This document shows, piece after piece, positions 36,901-46,012 of a DNA stretch of 64,000 nt. Position 1 is the first letter of the stretch. Every line of letters begins with the position of its first letter. Source of the stretch: Anaeromyxobacteraceae bacterium (GTDB lineage: Bacteria; Myxococcota; Myxococcia; Myxococcales; Anaeromyxobacteraceae); NCBI GenBank assembly GCA_032654565.1, contig JAULAX010000010.1, positions 128,001-192,000 on the forward strand, read 5' to 3'. A program made the translations under genes and the position numbers. Below the pieces are notes generated by a model. The model was not told the DNA's origin, ran no database searches, and worked only from the letters and a program-made list of their open reading frames with translations.

Positions 36901-38923
36901 GCCCGGCGGTGCCGTGGCACGAGGTGCAGGCCAGGTTGGCCACGTTGACCACGCCGTTGATGTGGTTGGCCAGGCTCACCGAGGCGGCCGGGCTGGCCGC
37001 CGACGGGGCGTTGGCGTAGCCGTCGTGGCAGGTCCCGCAGGCGGTCGAGGTGCTGTGGCCGGTGCCGACCGGCGGCAGGCCGTGGCAGCTCCCGCAGGTG
37101 ACGGTCGAGGCCAGCCCGGTCCAGGACGGGGCCGGGTTGGTGGACGCGGTGTCGGTCTTGCGCGGGTTGTGGCAGTAGGTGGTGCAGGTGGGGAAGGCCG
37201 CACCGGTGGTGAAGGTGCCGGCGGCCGGCGCCACCGCGTAGGTGAGGTTGGCCGAGGCGGTGGGGCCCCAGGCGATGTTCACCAGGCCGTTGGCGTGGCC
37301 GTTGTTGCCGGTGTTGTCCGGGTGGCACTCGGTGCAGGCGAAGTTGCCCTGGTGGAAGGTGATCGACGCGACGTGCTTCTGGTGGGCGCCGATGGCGTTG
37401 CCGCCGGTGGTGGCGCCGGTGATGTCGTTGGGCGGCGCGGCGTTGGTGGTGCTGGTGCCGTGGCAGGAGGTGCAGGTCAGGGCCGACGGCTTGGCGCCGA
37501 CGAAGATGTGGTCGGCCAGGTTGACCGAGCTGTTGGTGTAGCCGGTGTGGCAGGCGTTGCAGTCCTGGCGCGGCACGTGCCACTTGCCGCCGGCGGTGTA
37601 GGGGAGGGGGATGGCGTGGCAGCTGCCGCAGGTGGCGCCGGTGGCCCCCTCGTTCCACTTCACCGAGGTGTGGGACCCGCCGGCCAGCGTGGCGCCGTGG
37701 CAGAAGTTGGTGCAGTTGGGGACCACCCCGGAGGTGTCGTTCCAGCGGACCAGGTTCCCGGCGGCGGGGGCCGGGGTGATGCCGTTGGAGGCGGTGACGC
37801 CCCAGCCGACCAGGACCGTGCCGCCGACGTGGACCAGGCTGGTCGGGAGGGTCGGGCCGTGGCACTCGCTGCACTGGGCGGGGCGGGCGAAGGCGCCGCC
37901 ACCGACGTGGGCGTCGTGGGCGCCGACCGCGTAGGCGGTGATGGTGTTCTCGCCCTGGCTGCCCAGCGGCGGCGAGGCCAGGTTGGCGCGGACCACCGTG
38001 CCGGTGCCGACGGAGGGGAAGGTGGTGTCGGCGGTCCGGGCGGCGCTGCCGTGGCAGAAGGTGCACTCGGTCTGCCAGTTGGGGTGGCCGGCGGTGGTGT
38101 GGCAGGCGGTGCAGCTCACGCCGGAGCTGCCGCCGCCGAAGTCGTTGCCGTGGCAGACCTTGCAGCCGCCCAGGTTGCCGGAGGCGGCGGGGCCGTGCTT
38201 GGTGGGGTCGACCCAGCCGGCCGTGTGGCCGCCGCCGCCGTCGAGCTGGCCGTTGACGTGCTTGCCGCCGGTGACGTTGATGTCGCCGGTCAGCGGATCC
38301 ACCGTCTCGGTGTGGCAGGCGGCGCATTCCTTGGTGTCGGCGAAGGCGCCGCTGGCGCCGAGCCCCTTGGGGTGGGCGGCGGGCGGGGTCACGCCGCTGG
38401 CGAAGTGGCAGGTGCCGCAGGCGCCGGCCGGCGTTCCGCCCAGCCAGTTGGGGGTGTGGTTGGTGCCGCCGTGGTTGATCGAGCTGCCGTGGCAGTAGTT
38501 GGAGCAGGTGTGGGCCACCGGGCTCCAGGCGGAGACGATGGCGTTGCCGGCCGCGGCCACTCCGCCGAAGATCACCGTGGCGCGCCGGCCGGTGTTGTGG
38601 TTGGGGGCCATGATGCTGGCCGGGACCACGTGGCAGGAGCCGCAGGCGACGCCGCGGGCGATGTGGCGGGTGTGGGCGCCGACCTCGATGGCCGTCAGCG
38701 TGTTCGCGCTGGTGAACCGGTTGCCGCTGGCCACGATGTCGCCGGCGCCGTTCCGGGGCAGGCTGAAGGGCGGGGCGCCCGTCTGGTTGTCCTGGCCACC
38801 GTGGCAGGTGGTGCACCCGCGGGCCGGGTCGGAAGGGGCCGGCAGGGGCCTCGACTTGTCACAACCGGCCAGGGCGACGGCGGACGCGAACGCGGCGGCA
38901 ACCAGGAGGTGGTTCGAACGCAT
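33956..38923 (-). CDS. Very large multiheme c-type cytochrome lipoprotein (CxxCH / CxxxCH / CxxxxCH repeats)
   Basis: Lipobox LAGC. Manual count gives about 31 CxxCH, 4 CxxxCH and 2 CxxxxCH motifs in repeating modules. Confidence 0.93.
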   Translation of the reverse strand: MRSNHLLVAAAFASAVALAGCDKSRPLPAPSDPARGCTTCHGGQDNQTGAPPFSLPRNGAGDIVASGNRFTSANTLTAIEVGAHTRHIARGVACGSCHVVPASIMAPNHNTGRRATVIFGGVAAAGNAIVSAWSPVAHTCSNYCHGSSINHGGTNHTPNWLGGTPAGACGTCHFASGVTPPAAHPKGLGASGAFADTKECAACHTETVDPLTGDINVTGGKHVNGQLDGGGGHTAGWVDPTKHGPAASGNLGGCKVCHGNDFGGGSSGVSCTACHTTAGHPNWQTECTFCHGSAARTADTTFPSVGTGTVVRANLASPPLGSQGENTITAYAVGAHDAHVGGGAFARPAQCSECHGPTLPTSLVHVGGTVLVGWGVTASNGITPAPAAGNLVRWNDTSGVVPNCTNFCHGATLAGGSHTSVKWNEGATGATCGSCHAIPLPYTAGGKWHVPRQDCNACHTGYTNSSVNLADHIFVGAKPSALTCTSCHGTSTTNAAPPNDITGATTGGNAIGAHQKHVASITFHQGNFACTECHPDNTGNNGHANGLVNIAWGPTASANLTYAVAPAAGTFTTGAAFPTCTTYCHNPRKTDTASTNPAPSWTGLASTVTCGSCHGLPPVGTGHSTSTACGTCHDGYANAPSAASPAASVSLANHINGVVNVANLACTSCHGTAGRTLAGADPLLAAAPPVAYTGINAVGAHLAHVFQGDTAAPGFLSKPLLCANCHTGMLYTSAPHTYPVSPVAFGNLAVAASAAPAAYDQATQTCASTYCHGQFAGGKPGNSISWNSAGKLACNACHGQATAAAPQPTYPHPQNTACANCHGAGYAVGAVAAATHVDGLTTGITAGCTACHGDRSNTAVTLTASTASAAPGVGNAATSADTTGALTGGAVGAHLAHLVGAGGTPRWRSTPIACTECHGLPLTNGDTSHATGGGTGGARATLAFGNVAQSTAFETKTATYTSPTCSSTYCHDPKSTDTQTSVPQVNAPSWIGATTQAQCGSCHGLPPLTASHPANALCGSCHPGYTATAPTSASTITAVNAATHLNGQLEGGGESTGGSACTGCHSGTVALMTGAASKHSLVGWTDTATDSGGAWGAAATLSSVLPAQRSCVNMCHSDHPHTLTTPATTTHQYNLVADPSSATSRSAGSATSTTRVATDFDTATNTGMCTKCHAKPITAGGPVITDVVFGASAHDFTSTTTPAVTWSYALHDGSLFLRNCTKCHASSAEGTTPASSGSGLTAVHGQANPDLLAGTKNPGASPATFICYNCHGSATIGANLSNKDVATRVAAAFNHPASASNTHDTTLEAAATFASGRFSGANRHANCIDCHGPHAAGPTKVVRTATATATRNQIPAGSPLLGATGITYGPTYPTLVTTACGTGVDVPTACVMQTTAANYGASPVAATLEYQVCFKCHTSYAFGATYPTAPATGASGMKQTDLGSEFSPTNRSGHPVVVGLNSYTGSTAPKALVASQLLTPWNVNVGTQTMLCTDCHNTDAAAPAVQGPHGSAVRFMLAGANKAWPYTVAGATTGTLFKLTTSETGIGTTNGLFCRNCHPVMNSAASNAIHRDGDLVGGQHGGNATVPSCTGCHIRVPHGGKVSRLIVTTNAPARYKLGTVNMAGFTKGTKDAYTVDTNFKSSCGEHSGFTSAEAW

Positions 38924-39015
38924 GCGGATGACCTCGGTGAGTCGTCGAGCCGTGGTCGTGGAGCCGGGCCCGGTCTGACGGATGCCCAAGGATGCCGGTT
39001 CTCTGCGAGCGTTTG

Positions 39016-39031
39016 ATTGACCGGGATCAAT
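39016..39031. promoter_or_regulatory. FNR/CRP-family box upstream of the multiheme cytochrome
   Basis: ATTGACCGGGATCAAT has one mismatch to TTGAT-N4-ATCAA and lies about 95 bp upstream of the ATG. Confidence 0.6.
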
Positions 39032-39279
39032 AAGCGAAAGTTGGTCCCAAAATACCAACCGGAGGCCGGTCCCGGAGTCCGTGTGGCGAACCTCGGCGCG
39101 GCTACTTGAGACCCCGGCGCGGCCCCCGGATCGTCGCTGGCGAGGTCACATCGGCCCGGCCGTGCCACACCCTGCGACATCCCCCGACACGGCGCGACAC
39201 CGGCGGAGGCGCCGCGCCACCGGGGGTCAGGTCCGCGGCCCCGGAGATCTCGCCGCGGCCCGGGGTCACGGGCGGCGCG

Positions 39280-40116
39280 CTACTGGATGAACCGGATGTA
39301 CTGCTGGATCTCCTCGGAGTCGCAGGCCGGCTCGGCCCGGCGCTCCTCGAGCTTCACGGCGAGGCAGCGGGCCAGGATGGCCACCTGCTCCTCGGTGCAG
39401 CGGGACAGGCCGTCCTTCCACTGCCGCGCCGCCTCGCGCGAGCGGGCCAGCACCTCGTCCGACTGCTTCAGCTCGCTCTGCAGGGCGTAGACCTTCTGCC
39501 GATCGCCGGCGCCTCGCTGCAGCCGCGCCTGCTCGGCGGCCAGCTGGTCGCGGAGCCGGTCGCGCCGCACGCCGTGGTAGCAGGCCAGCGCCGAGTGGAC
39601 CCGTCGCATGAAGGCCGGGTCCCGGGCGTGGTGGGTGTCGAGCGTGGCGTGGGTCTCCGCCACCTCGGCGCGGGAGCCGGCGGCCAGCTCGGCCTTCTCC
39701 TCGGGCGTGAGCTGCGAGCGCGGCTTGCCCGCCAGCCGCTCGCGCCTGATCTGCGTCCAGGCCTCGGCCCGGACCGGCTCCGAGGCGTCGGGGCCGACCC
39801 GCCGGTCCAGCTCCTTCATGTCGGCGAGCCGCTCCAGCTCGGCGGTCCGCCGCAGCCGGAAGGCGCCCAGGCACTCGTCGAGCGTCGCCTGCGCCAGGGC
39901 GTTCCTGCGGGCGATCTCGGCGGCGCCCAACCCCTGCCCCTGGAAGAGCCGGGCCCGCTTGTCCAGCACGTCCAGCTCGGCCTGGCAGGCCTCCTTCTCC
40001 AGGTCGGTCAGCGCCCGGGGCCGGGGCGGCGGCGCCGCGGCGCGCTGGGGGGCCGCGCCCGGCCACGCCGGGGCGGACAGGGCGAGCGCAGTGGCCAGGG
40101 CGAGGAGCTTCCGCAT
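39280..40116 (-). CDS. Hypothetical secreted helical protein
   Basis: Signal peptide MRKLLALATALALSAPAWP, coiled-coil-like body and several Cys. Confidence 0.7.
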   Translation of the reverse strand: MRKLLALATALALSAPAWPGAAPQRAAAPPPRPRALTDLEKEACQAELDVLDKRARLFQGQGLGAAEIARRNALAQATLDECLGAFRLRRTAELERLADMKELDRRVGPDASEPVRAEAWTQIRRERLAGKPRSQLTPEEKAELAAGSRAEVAETHATLDTHHARDPAFMRRVHSALACYHGVRRDRLRDQLAAEQARLQRGAGDRQKVYALQSELKQSDEVLARSREAARQWKDGLSRCTEEQVAILARCLAVKLEERRAEPACDSEEIQQYIRFIQ

Positions 40117-40251
40117 CGGATCCTCCGGTTGAACGGACGCTTCTAGCACGCGGGGCCGGCGGGGGTGGGGCGGTCATGACGGCGCGGGACGGCGGCGCGG
40201 CGGCGGTGTATCATCCGCTTCCACCTCACCCTTTGACCTCGGAGGCCCCCC

Positions 40252-40473
40252 ATGACCCAGGCCGAACGTGTTGCCCGCCAAGAAGTGCTGCGCGACGTCA
40301 TCAAGCGGCTGGAGGGGGCGCTGGCCGAGTTCCGTGCCGAGGCGGAGAAGACGCTGGTCGGCTGCGAGCACACCTACCCCGACGGCCGCGCCGCGGCGAC
40401 CGGCGGCAGCACCAAGATCTGCGCCATCTGCGGCGGGATGCTCAAGGGGCGCGACGACAAGCTCTGGGGCTAG
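40252..40473 (+). CDS. Small hypothetical protein, possible Zn finger
   Basis: GGAGG RBS and a CEH...CAICG motif. Confidence 0.7.
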   Translation: MTQAERVARQEVLRDVIKRLEGALAEFRAEAEKTLVGCEHTYPDGRAAATGGSTKICAICGGMLKGRDDKLWG

Positions 40474-40493
40474 GGTCCGGACCCCACCCGACC

Positions 40494-41708
40494 ATGTCCA
40501 TCCTCCGACCGTTCCGCGCCCTCCGCCCGCCGGCCGCGCTGGCTGCTCGTGTCGCCTCGCCCCCGTACGACGTGGTCTCCACCGCCGAGGCCCGGGCCCT
40601 GGCGGCCGGCAACCGCGACAGCTACCTGCGGGTCTCCCGGCCCGAGATCGACCTGCCGGAGGGGACCGACGAGCACGCCGACGAGGTCTACGCCCAGGGG
40701 AAGAAGAACCTCGACGAGCTGACGCGCCGGGGCGTGCTGGTGGCCGAGGCGGCGCCGCGCTTCTTCGTCTACGCCCAGAAGATGGGGAAGCACCGCCAGG
40801 TGGGGCTGGTGGCCTGCGCCAGCGTCGACGAGTACGACCGCGACCTGATCAAGAAGCACGAGAAGACGCGCGCCGACAAGGAGGAGGACCGGGTCCGCCA
40901 CGTCGACACCCTGGCGGCGCACGACGAGCCGGTCTTCCTCACCTACCGGGCGGCGCCGGCCATCGACGCGCTGGTGGCCGAGGTGCAGCGGGCCACCCCC
41001 GAGTACGACCTGGTGACCGGCGACGCGGTCGGCCACCAGCTCTGGGTGGTGCCCGAGGCGGCGGCGGCCAAACTGGAGGCGCTCTTCGGCGAGGTGCCGG
41101 CGCTCTACGTGGCCGACGGCCACCACCGCTCGGCGGCGGCCTCGCGGGTCCACGCCCGTCGCGCGGGGCAGCCGGGCGACCACGGCCAGTTCCTCGCCGT
41201 GGTCTTCCCCCACGACCAGATGCAGATCCTGGCCTACAACCGGCTGGTGCGGGATCCGCAGCGGCGCAGCCCCATGGCGCTGCTCGAAGCCCTGCAGGAG
41301 GTGCTCGACCTGGAGCCGGCCTCGGCGGCGGCCCCCGACCACCCGCAGGCCTTCGGCATCTACCTCGGCAAGCGCTGGTACCACGCCCACGTCCGGCCCG
41401 GCACCTTTCCGGCCGAGGACCCGGTGGCCAGCCTGGACTGCTCGCTGGCCCAGGACCAGCTGCTCGAGCCGCTCTTCGGCATCAAGGACCCGCGCACCTC
41501 GAAGGACGTCGACTTCGTGGGCGGCATCCGCGGCCACGAGGAGCTGGAGCGGCGGGTGGACGGGGAGGGCTGGGCGCTGGCGCTCCACCTCTACCCGACC
41601 CGGGTCGAGCAGGTGATGAGCGTCTCCGACGCCGGGCTGATCATGCCGCCGAAGAGCACCTGGTTCGAGCCGAAGCTGCGGTCCGGGCTCTTCGTGCACC
41701 CGTTCTAG
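40494..41708 (+). CDS. DUF1015 family protein
   Basis: PPYDVV, IKKHEKT, YVADGHHR and MPPKSTWFEPKLRSGL. Confidence 0.9.
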   Translation: MSILRPFRALRPPAALAARVASPPYDVVSTAEARALAAGNRDSYLRVSRPEIDLPEGTDEHADEVYAQGKKNLDELTRRGVLVAEAAPRFFVYAQKMGKHRQVGLVACASVDEYDRDLIKKHEKTRADKEEDRVRHVDTLAAHDEPVFLTYRAAPAIDALVAEVQRATPEYDLVTGDAVGHQLWVVPEAAAAKLEALFGEVPALYVADGHHRSAAASRVHARRAGQPGDHGQFLAVVFPHDQMQILAYNRLVRDPQRRSPMALLEALQEVLDLEPASAAAPDHPQAFGIYLGKRWYHAHVRPGTFPAEDPVASLDCSLAQDQLLEPLFGIKDPRTSKDVDFVGGIRGHEELERRVDGEGWALALHLYPTRVEQVMSVSDAGLIMPPKSTWFEPKLRSGLFVHPF

Positions 41709-41762
41709 CGGGACGACGGGCGCCAGGGCGCGGGCGGTCCACCGGGAGCGAGCGAGGCGTCC

Positions 41763-42206
41763 ATGGCCGACGAGGTCCTCGACCTCATCAAGAAGCGGTT
41801 CTACGAGGCGGCCTTCATCCGCGATCTCGGGATCGAGCTGGTGAGCGTCTCGCCCGGCGAGGTGGTGACGCGCCTCCAGCTGCAGGAGCGGTTCCTGCAA
41901 CAGGACGGCTTCGTGCACGCCGGCGTGGTGGCGACGCTGGCCGACCACAGCGGCGGGGCCTCGGCCTGGACGCTGGTGAAGCCCGAGCAGACGGTGCTCA
42001 CCGTCGAGTTCAAGATCAACCTCCTCAACCCGGCCAGCGGGCCGGCGCTGACCTGCCGGGCCCGGGTGCTGCGGCCGGGGGGGCGGCTCACCACATCCGA
42101 GGTGGACGTCTTCTCCGGGGACGGCTCCCACGCCGCGCGGCTCAACATGACGCTGGCCGTGGTCGACACCGAGCGGCTGCGGAAGGGGGCCCGGGCCGGG
42201 AGTTGA
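41763..42206 (+). CDS. PaaI family thioesterase
   Basis: GFVHAGVVATLADH and TVEFKINLL. Confidence 0.9.
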   Translation: MADEVLDLIKKRFYEAAFIRDLGIELVSVSPGEVVTRLQLQERFLQQDGFVHAGVVATLADHSGGASAWTLVKPEQTVLTVEFKINLLNPASGPALTCRARVLRPGGRLTTSEVDVFSGDGSHAARLNMTLAVVDTERLRKGARAGS

Positions 42207-42436
42207 GGGGCCCCCGAGGGGTCAACGGCGGATCCGGCTTCACCCGCGATCCGCCCGGGGCCCGCCCGGCATCCGGGAGCGACTCCTGTCCCTTATTCAC
42301 GGGAGAGGCTGATCTTCCAGAGGTAAAAGAACGCTCCCACTTGGGGCGTGGAGGCGTCGGTACCCTCCCGGGGCGCTAGGGTGCTGGTTCGCGGCCGGCA
42401 CCGACTCCCTGCGCGGCCGCGCACTGGGGTCACCAC

Positions 42437-45400
42437 ATGCGCTTCGCGACGCGACGCCTCTCCCTGCTCTCGCTGGTCGGGTTGGTCTTCACCGTCGGTG
42501 GTTGCGGCGGAAGCTCCACGCCGGCGCCGGTGGCCACCTATACGGTCAGCGGCCAGGTCACGGGCGACGTCGTCGCCGGCGTCACCGTGACGCTGGATAC
42601 AGGCGCTACGGCCACCACCACCACCACCAGCGCCACCGGGGCCTACGCCTTCACCGGGCTGGCCCCCGGCAGCTACACGGTCACGCCCGCCAAGGCCACC
42701 TACCTCTTCACACCGGCCAGCCGCCCGGTCACCCTCACCATCGCCAACCAGACCGGCCAGGACTTCAGCGCCGCCTTCGCCGGCTACTCCATCAGCGGCC
42801 AGGTGGTGGGCGACACGATGGCCGGCGTCACCGTGACCCTCGGCGGGGACTCCTCCAGGACCACCACCAGCGCGGCCGATGGCACCTACTCGTTGACCGG
42901 GCTCACCAACGGGAGCTACACGGTGACGCCGTCCAAGACCGGCTACACCTTCGGTCCGTCCGTCCGCCCGGTCATCCTGACCGGCGCCAGCCGGATCCAG
43001 CAGGACTTCATCGCCACGGCCAGGACCTACACCATCAGCGGCACCATCGCCGGCGGCGGCGGCATCAGCGTGACGCTGAGCGGCACCTCCGGCGGCATCG
43101 TCACCGCCGCCGCCGACGGGAGCTACGCCTTCTCCGGGCTGGCCAACGGCAGCTACACGGTCACCCCCCTCCATGGCGGTTTCACCATCAACCCGACCAG
43201 CCTCACGGTCACGGTGGCCGAGGCCGACGTCCCGGGCCAGGACTTCATCGCCACGGCGATCCCCTTCACCATCTCCGGCCACATCACCAACGGGGCCGGG
43301 GCCGGCGTCAGCATCGGCGTCGTCCTCACCGGCGGCCCGGCGATCGACTTCGTCTTCTCCGACGCCGCCGGCTACTACGAGTTCACGGCCACCAGCGGCA
43401 CCTTCACGGTCACGCCCTGGGAACCCGGCTTCGTCTCGGTGCCGCTGAGCAGGGTGGTGACGGTGGGCGGCGGCAACCTGCGCAACGTCGACTTCATCGC
43501 CACCGCGGATGCGGGGGCCAACTTCATGATCACCGGCACGGTGGCCGGCGTCGTCCAGGACGGCGTCGACGTGACCATCTCCCGGCTGGGGACCACGCTG
43601 GGCGTCGCGCAGACCTACCGGGAAGGGACCCAGCCCGGCACCTACGTCTTCATGGGGCTCACCGCCGGCACCTACCTGCTGACGCCGTCGAAGCCCGGCT
43701 ACACCTTCGATCCGGCCAGCCGCACCGTGGTGGTGCTGGCCGGCGACGAGGTGGTGGCGCCCTTCACCTCCGCGGCCCGACTCTTCAACGTCCACGGCAA
43801 CGTCGGCGGCGCCACCAGCGTCACCGTCACCCTGGCCGGCGGCGCCGCGCCGTTCACCACCACCACCGATGGCTCCGGGAACTACGCCATCGGCGTCCCC
43901 GTCGGTGCCTACACGGTGACGCCGTCCAAGACCGGCTACACCTTCACGCCGCCCAGCCGCGACGTGACCGTGAGCGTGGGTGTGGGCGACGTGGCGGTCT
44001 CCGGCTTCACCGCCTCGGCCTCGGTCCTCTACGCCATCTCCGGGACGGTGACCGGCCCATGGGTCCAGGGCGTCGCCGTCACCGCCGCCGGCAGCGGGCT
44101 GGCGCCCGTCACCACCGGCCCGACCGGCACCTACCGCCTCGCCGGCCTCCCCAACGAGGCGTTCACCCTGTCGGCGTCGCTGGACGGGTACACCTTCTCG
44201 CCGGCCGCGCCCAGCGTGACCTTGAACGGCGCCGACCGGACGCAGGACTTCGCGGGCACCCCGGCCATCGCCTCCCACAGCATCTCCGGCACCATCAGCG
44301 GCGCCGCCGGTTCGAGCGGGCGCGTCTACGTGGGGGCCATCCCCAGCGGCTGCAACGGGTGCTCGATGCAGGCCAGGACCAGCATCGCCGGGCCGGGCGC
44401 CTACACCCTCCGCGGGCTCCGGGACGGCGCCTACGTGATCACGGCGCGGCGCGACGTGGTCGGCCAGGGGAAGGCGAACGCCTCGGATCCGAGCGGGGTC
44501 ACCGGCGGCCCGGTCACGGTCGCCGGCGCCGACGTCTCCGGCGCCGACGTGGCCCTGGTCACCCCGGCCACCCCGTCGCCGGGCACCCTCGCCCCGCCCA
44601 CGGTCATCGCCGGCAGGAATGGGGTGCTGCTCTTCTGGACCGCCGACAAGGACGGCAACAACCTCGAGAAGGCCACCAGCTACGACGTCTCCTGGGGGAT
44701 CACCGGGTCGGCCAACGACGCGACGGCCAGGGTCGTGGCCCGGGACGACGCCCACTACTTCAGGTCCGGGCTGGTGGACGGGACCCCCACCTGGTTCAAG
44801 GTCCGCTCCGTCGTGGGGGGCGTGAACGGAGCCTGGTCGGTGGCCGCCGCGGGCACGCCCGGGGCGGTGGCGGGCGGGTTCACGGTCTCCGGGACGGTGA
44901 ACTTCACCGAGACGGCGACCGGGCCCCTCTACATCGCCGTCGGCGACCCCAACGCCGGCAGCATGAACGTGGCCGCCTACCCGCTCCCGGTGTCCAGTCC
45001 GGCCGCCTTCAGCGTCAGCGGCGTCCCTGTCGGCGACTGGAGCGTCTACGCCATCCTCGACCAGAACGGGAACGGCGTCATCGACGAGGGCGACCTGAAG
45101 AACGTGGGCGGCGCCGGTACCCCGCTGGTCCAGGTCCGGGGCGACGTCATCGACGTCATCGTCAACCTCTCCGCGGCCAGGGGCCTGGCCAGCACCACCA
45201 CCGAGCACACCAGGAACGAGGCCGGCGACCTCTCCATCTACTCCCTGCAGAGCAACATCAGCGACAACCTGCGCCGGGTGGTGCGGGCGACCGTGGTTGC
45301 GGGCAAGGGCATCGCCGTTCCCGCCGACCTGGGCGGGGACCGGGACCACTTCACCTGGGGCGACCTGGGGACCACCAGGCCGGCGATCTGGGACACCTAC

Positions 45401-45781
45401 ACCTTCGACGTCCTCTACGACGACGGCACCTCCGAGGTCCTCACCTCGTCGGTGAGCGACGTGCTGGACACCTTCGCCCAGGGGCTCACCGCCGATCCGG
45501 GGGCCCCGTACACGCCCGGTCAGCCGAACTTCTCCTGGTCGGCGCCGCTCTCCCCGCCGTGGCGGTACGGCTACAGCCTGGCGCTCCGTGGACCGGGCGC
45601 CTACTGGGGCTACCCGAGCAACGCCTGGATGGTCTCGAGCGCCGTCACCTCGGTCCCCTACAACGCCGACGGCAAGGCCGTGCCCGCAAGTCTCTCCGCC
45701 GGCACCTACACCTGGAGCGTCACCGTCTACGACGCCGCCAAGAACCGGGCCCACCAGGAGAAGGTCTACGTGGTTCCCTGA
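42437..45781 (+). CDS. Large surface lipoprotein with carboxypeptidase-regulatory/SdrD-B-like repeats
   Basis: Lipobox VGGC. About 8 repeats of roughly 80 aa (Y.ISG.V.G...G.Y.F.GL..GSYTVTPSK.GYTF), an FN3-like segment and a DQNGNGVIDEGD loop. Confidence 0.85.
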   Translation: MRFATRRLSLLSLVGLVFTVGGCGGSSTPAPVATYTVSGQVTGDVVAGVTVTLDTGATATTTTTSATGAYAFTGLAPGSYTVTPAKATYLFTPASRPVTLTIANQTGQDFSAAFAGYSISGQVVGDTMAGVTVTLGGDSSRTTTSAADGTYSLTGLTNGSYTVTPSKTGYTFGPSVRPVILTGASRIQQDFIATARTYTISGTIAGGGGISVTLSGTSGGIVTAAADGSYAFSGLANGSYTVTPLHGGFTINPTSLTVTVAEADVPGQDFIATAIPFTISGHITNGAGAGVSIGVVLTGGPAIDFVFSDAAGYYEFTATSGTFTVTPWEPGFVSVPLSRVVTVGGGNLRNVDFIATADAGANFMITGTVAGVVQDGVDVTISRLGTTLGVAQTYREGTQPGTYVFMGLTAGTYLLTPSKPGYTFDPASRTVVVLAGDEVVAPFTSAARLFNVHGNVGGATSVTVTLAGGAAPFTTTTDGSGNYAIGVPVGAYTVTPSKTGYTFTPPSRDVTVSVGVGDVAVSGFTASASVLYAISGTVTGPWVQGVAVTAAGSGLAPVTTGPTGTYRLAGLPNEAFTLSASLDGYTFSPAAPSVTLNGADRTQDFAGTPAIASHSISGTISGAAGSSGRVYVGAIPSGCNGCSMQARTSIAGPGAYTLRGLRDGAYVITARRDVVGQGKANASDPSGVTGGPVTVAGADVSGADVALVTPATPSPGTLAPPTVIAGRNGVLLFWTADKDGNNLEKATSYDVSWGITGSANDATARVVARDDAHYFRSGLVDGTPTWFKVRSVVGGVNGAWSVAAAGTPGAVAGGFTVSGTVNFTETATGPLYIAVGDPNAGSMNVAAYPLPVSSPAAFSVSGVPVGDWSVYAILDQNGNGVIDEGDLKNVGGAGTPLVQVRGDVIDVIVNLSAARGLASTTTEHTRNEAGDLSIYSLQSNISDNLRRVVRATVVAGKGIAVPADLGGDRDHFTWGDLGTTRPAIWDTYTFDVLYDDGTSEVLTSSVSDVLDTFAQGLTADPGAPYTPGQPNFSWSAPLSPPWRYGYSLALRGPGAYWGYPSNAWMVSSAVTSVPYNADGKAVPASLSAGTYTWSVTVYDAAKNRAHQEKVYVVP

Positions 45782-45787
45782 TCGGGC

Positions 45788-45824
<37 letters not shown>

Positions 45825-46012
45825 GGCGCGGGGCCGTGGCTCCAGGCGCCGACCCCGTACCGCGTTCAAGGGGCGGTCAGGACCGCGCAGGTCAACGTCC
45901 TATCTCATCTGGGTCACACGGCTTTAGGTCGGCTCCTCCCACCGGGGCGGCGCTAGGCTGGCGGCCCGCGGTCCGGTCGGACAACCAGAGTTGGCCGCGA
46001 TTGGGGTGGCCC

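Noticed and set aside
33986..39016. 1676-aa plus-strand ORF, and similar long antisense or alternate-frame ORFs (42293-45754, 42502-45927, 51670-54408, 9578-12163)
   Set aside because: These are shadow ORFs caused by high GC and codon bias of the real genes. They carry no recognisable motifs.
42207..42436. Riboswitch (e.g. cyclic dinucleotide GEMM) ahead of the repeat lipoprotein
   Set aside because: There is an AT-richer patch, but no recognisable GEMM core could be identified by eye.
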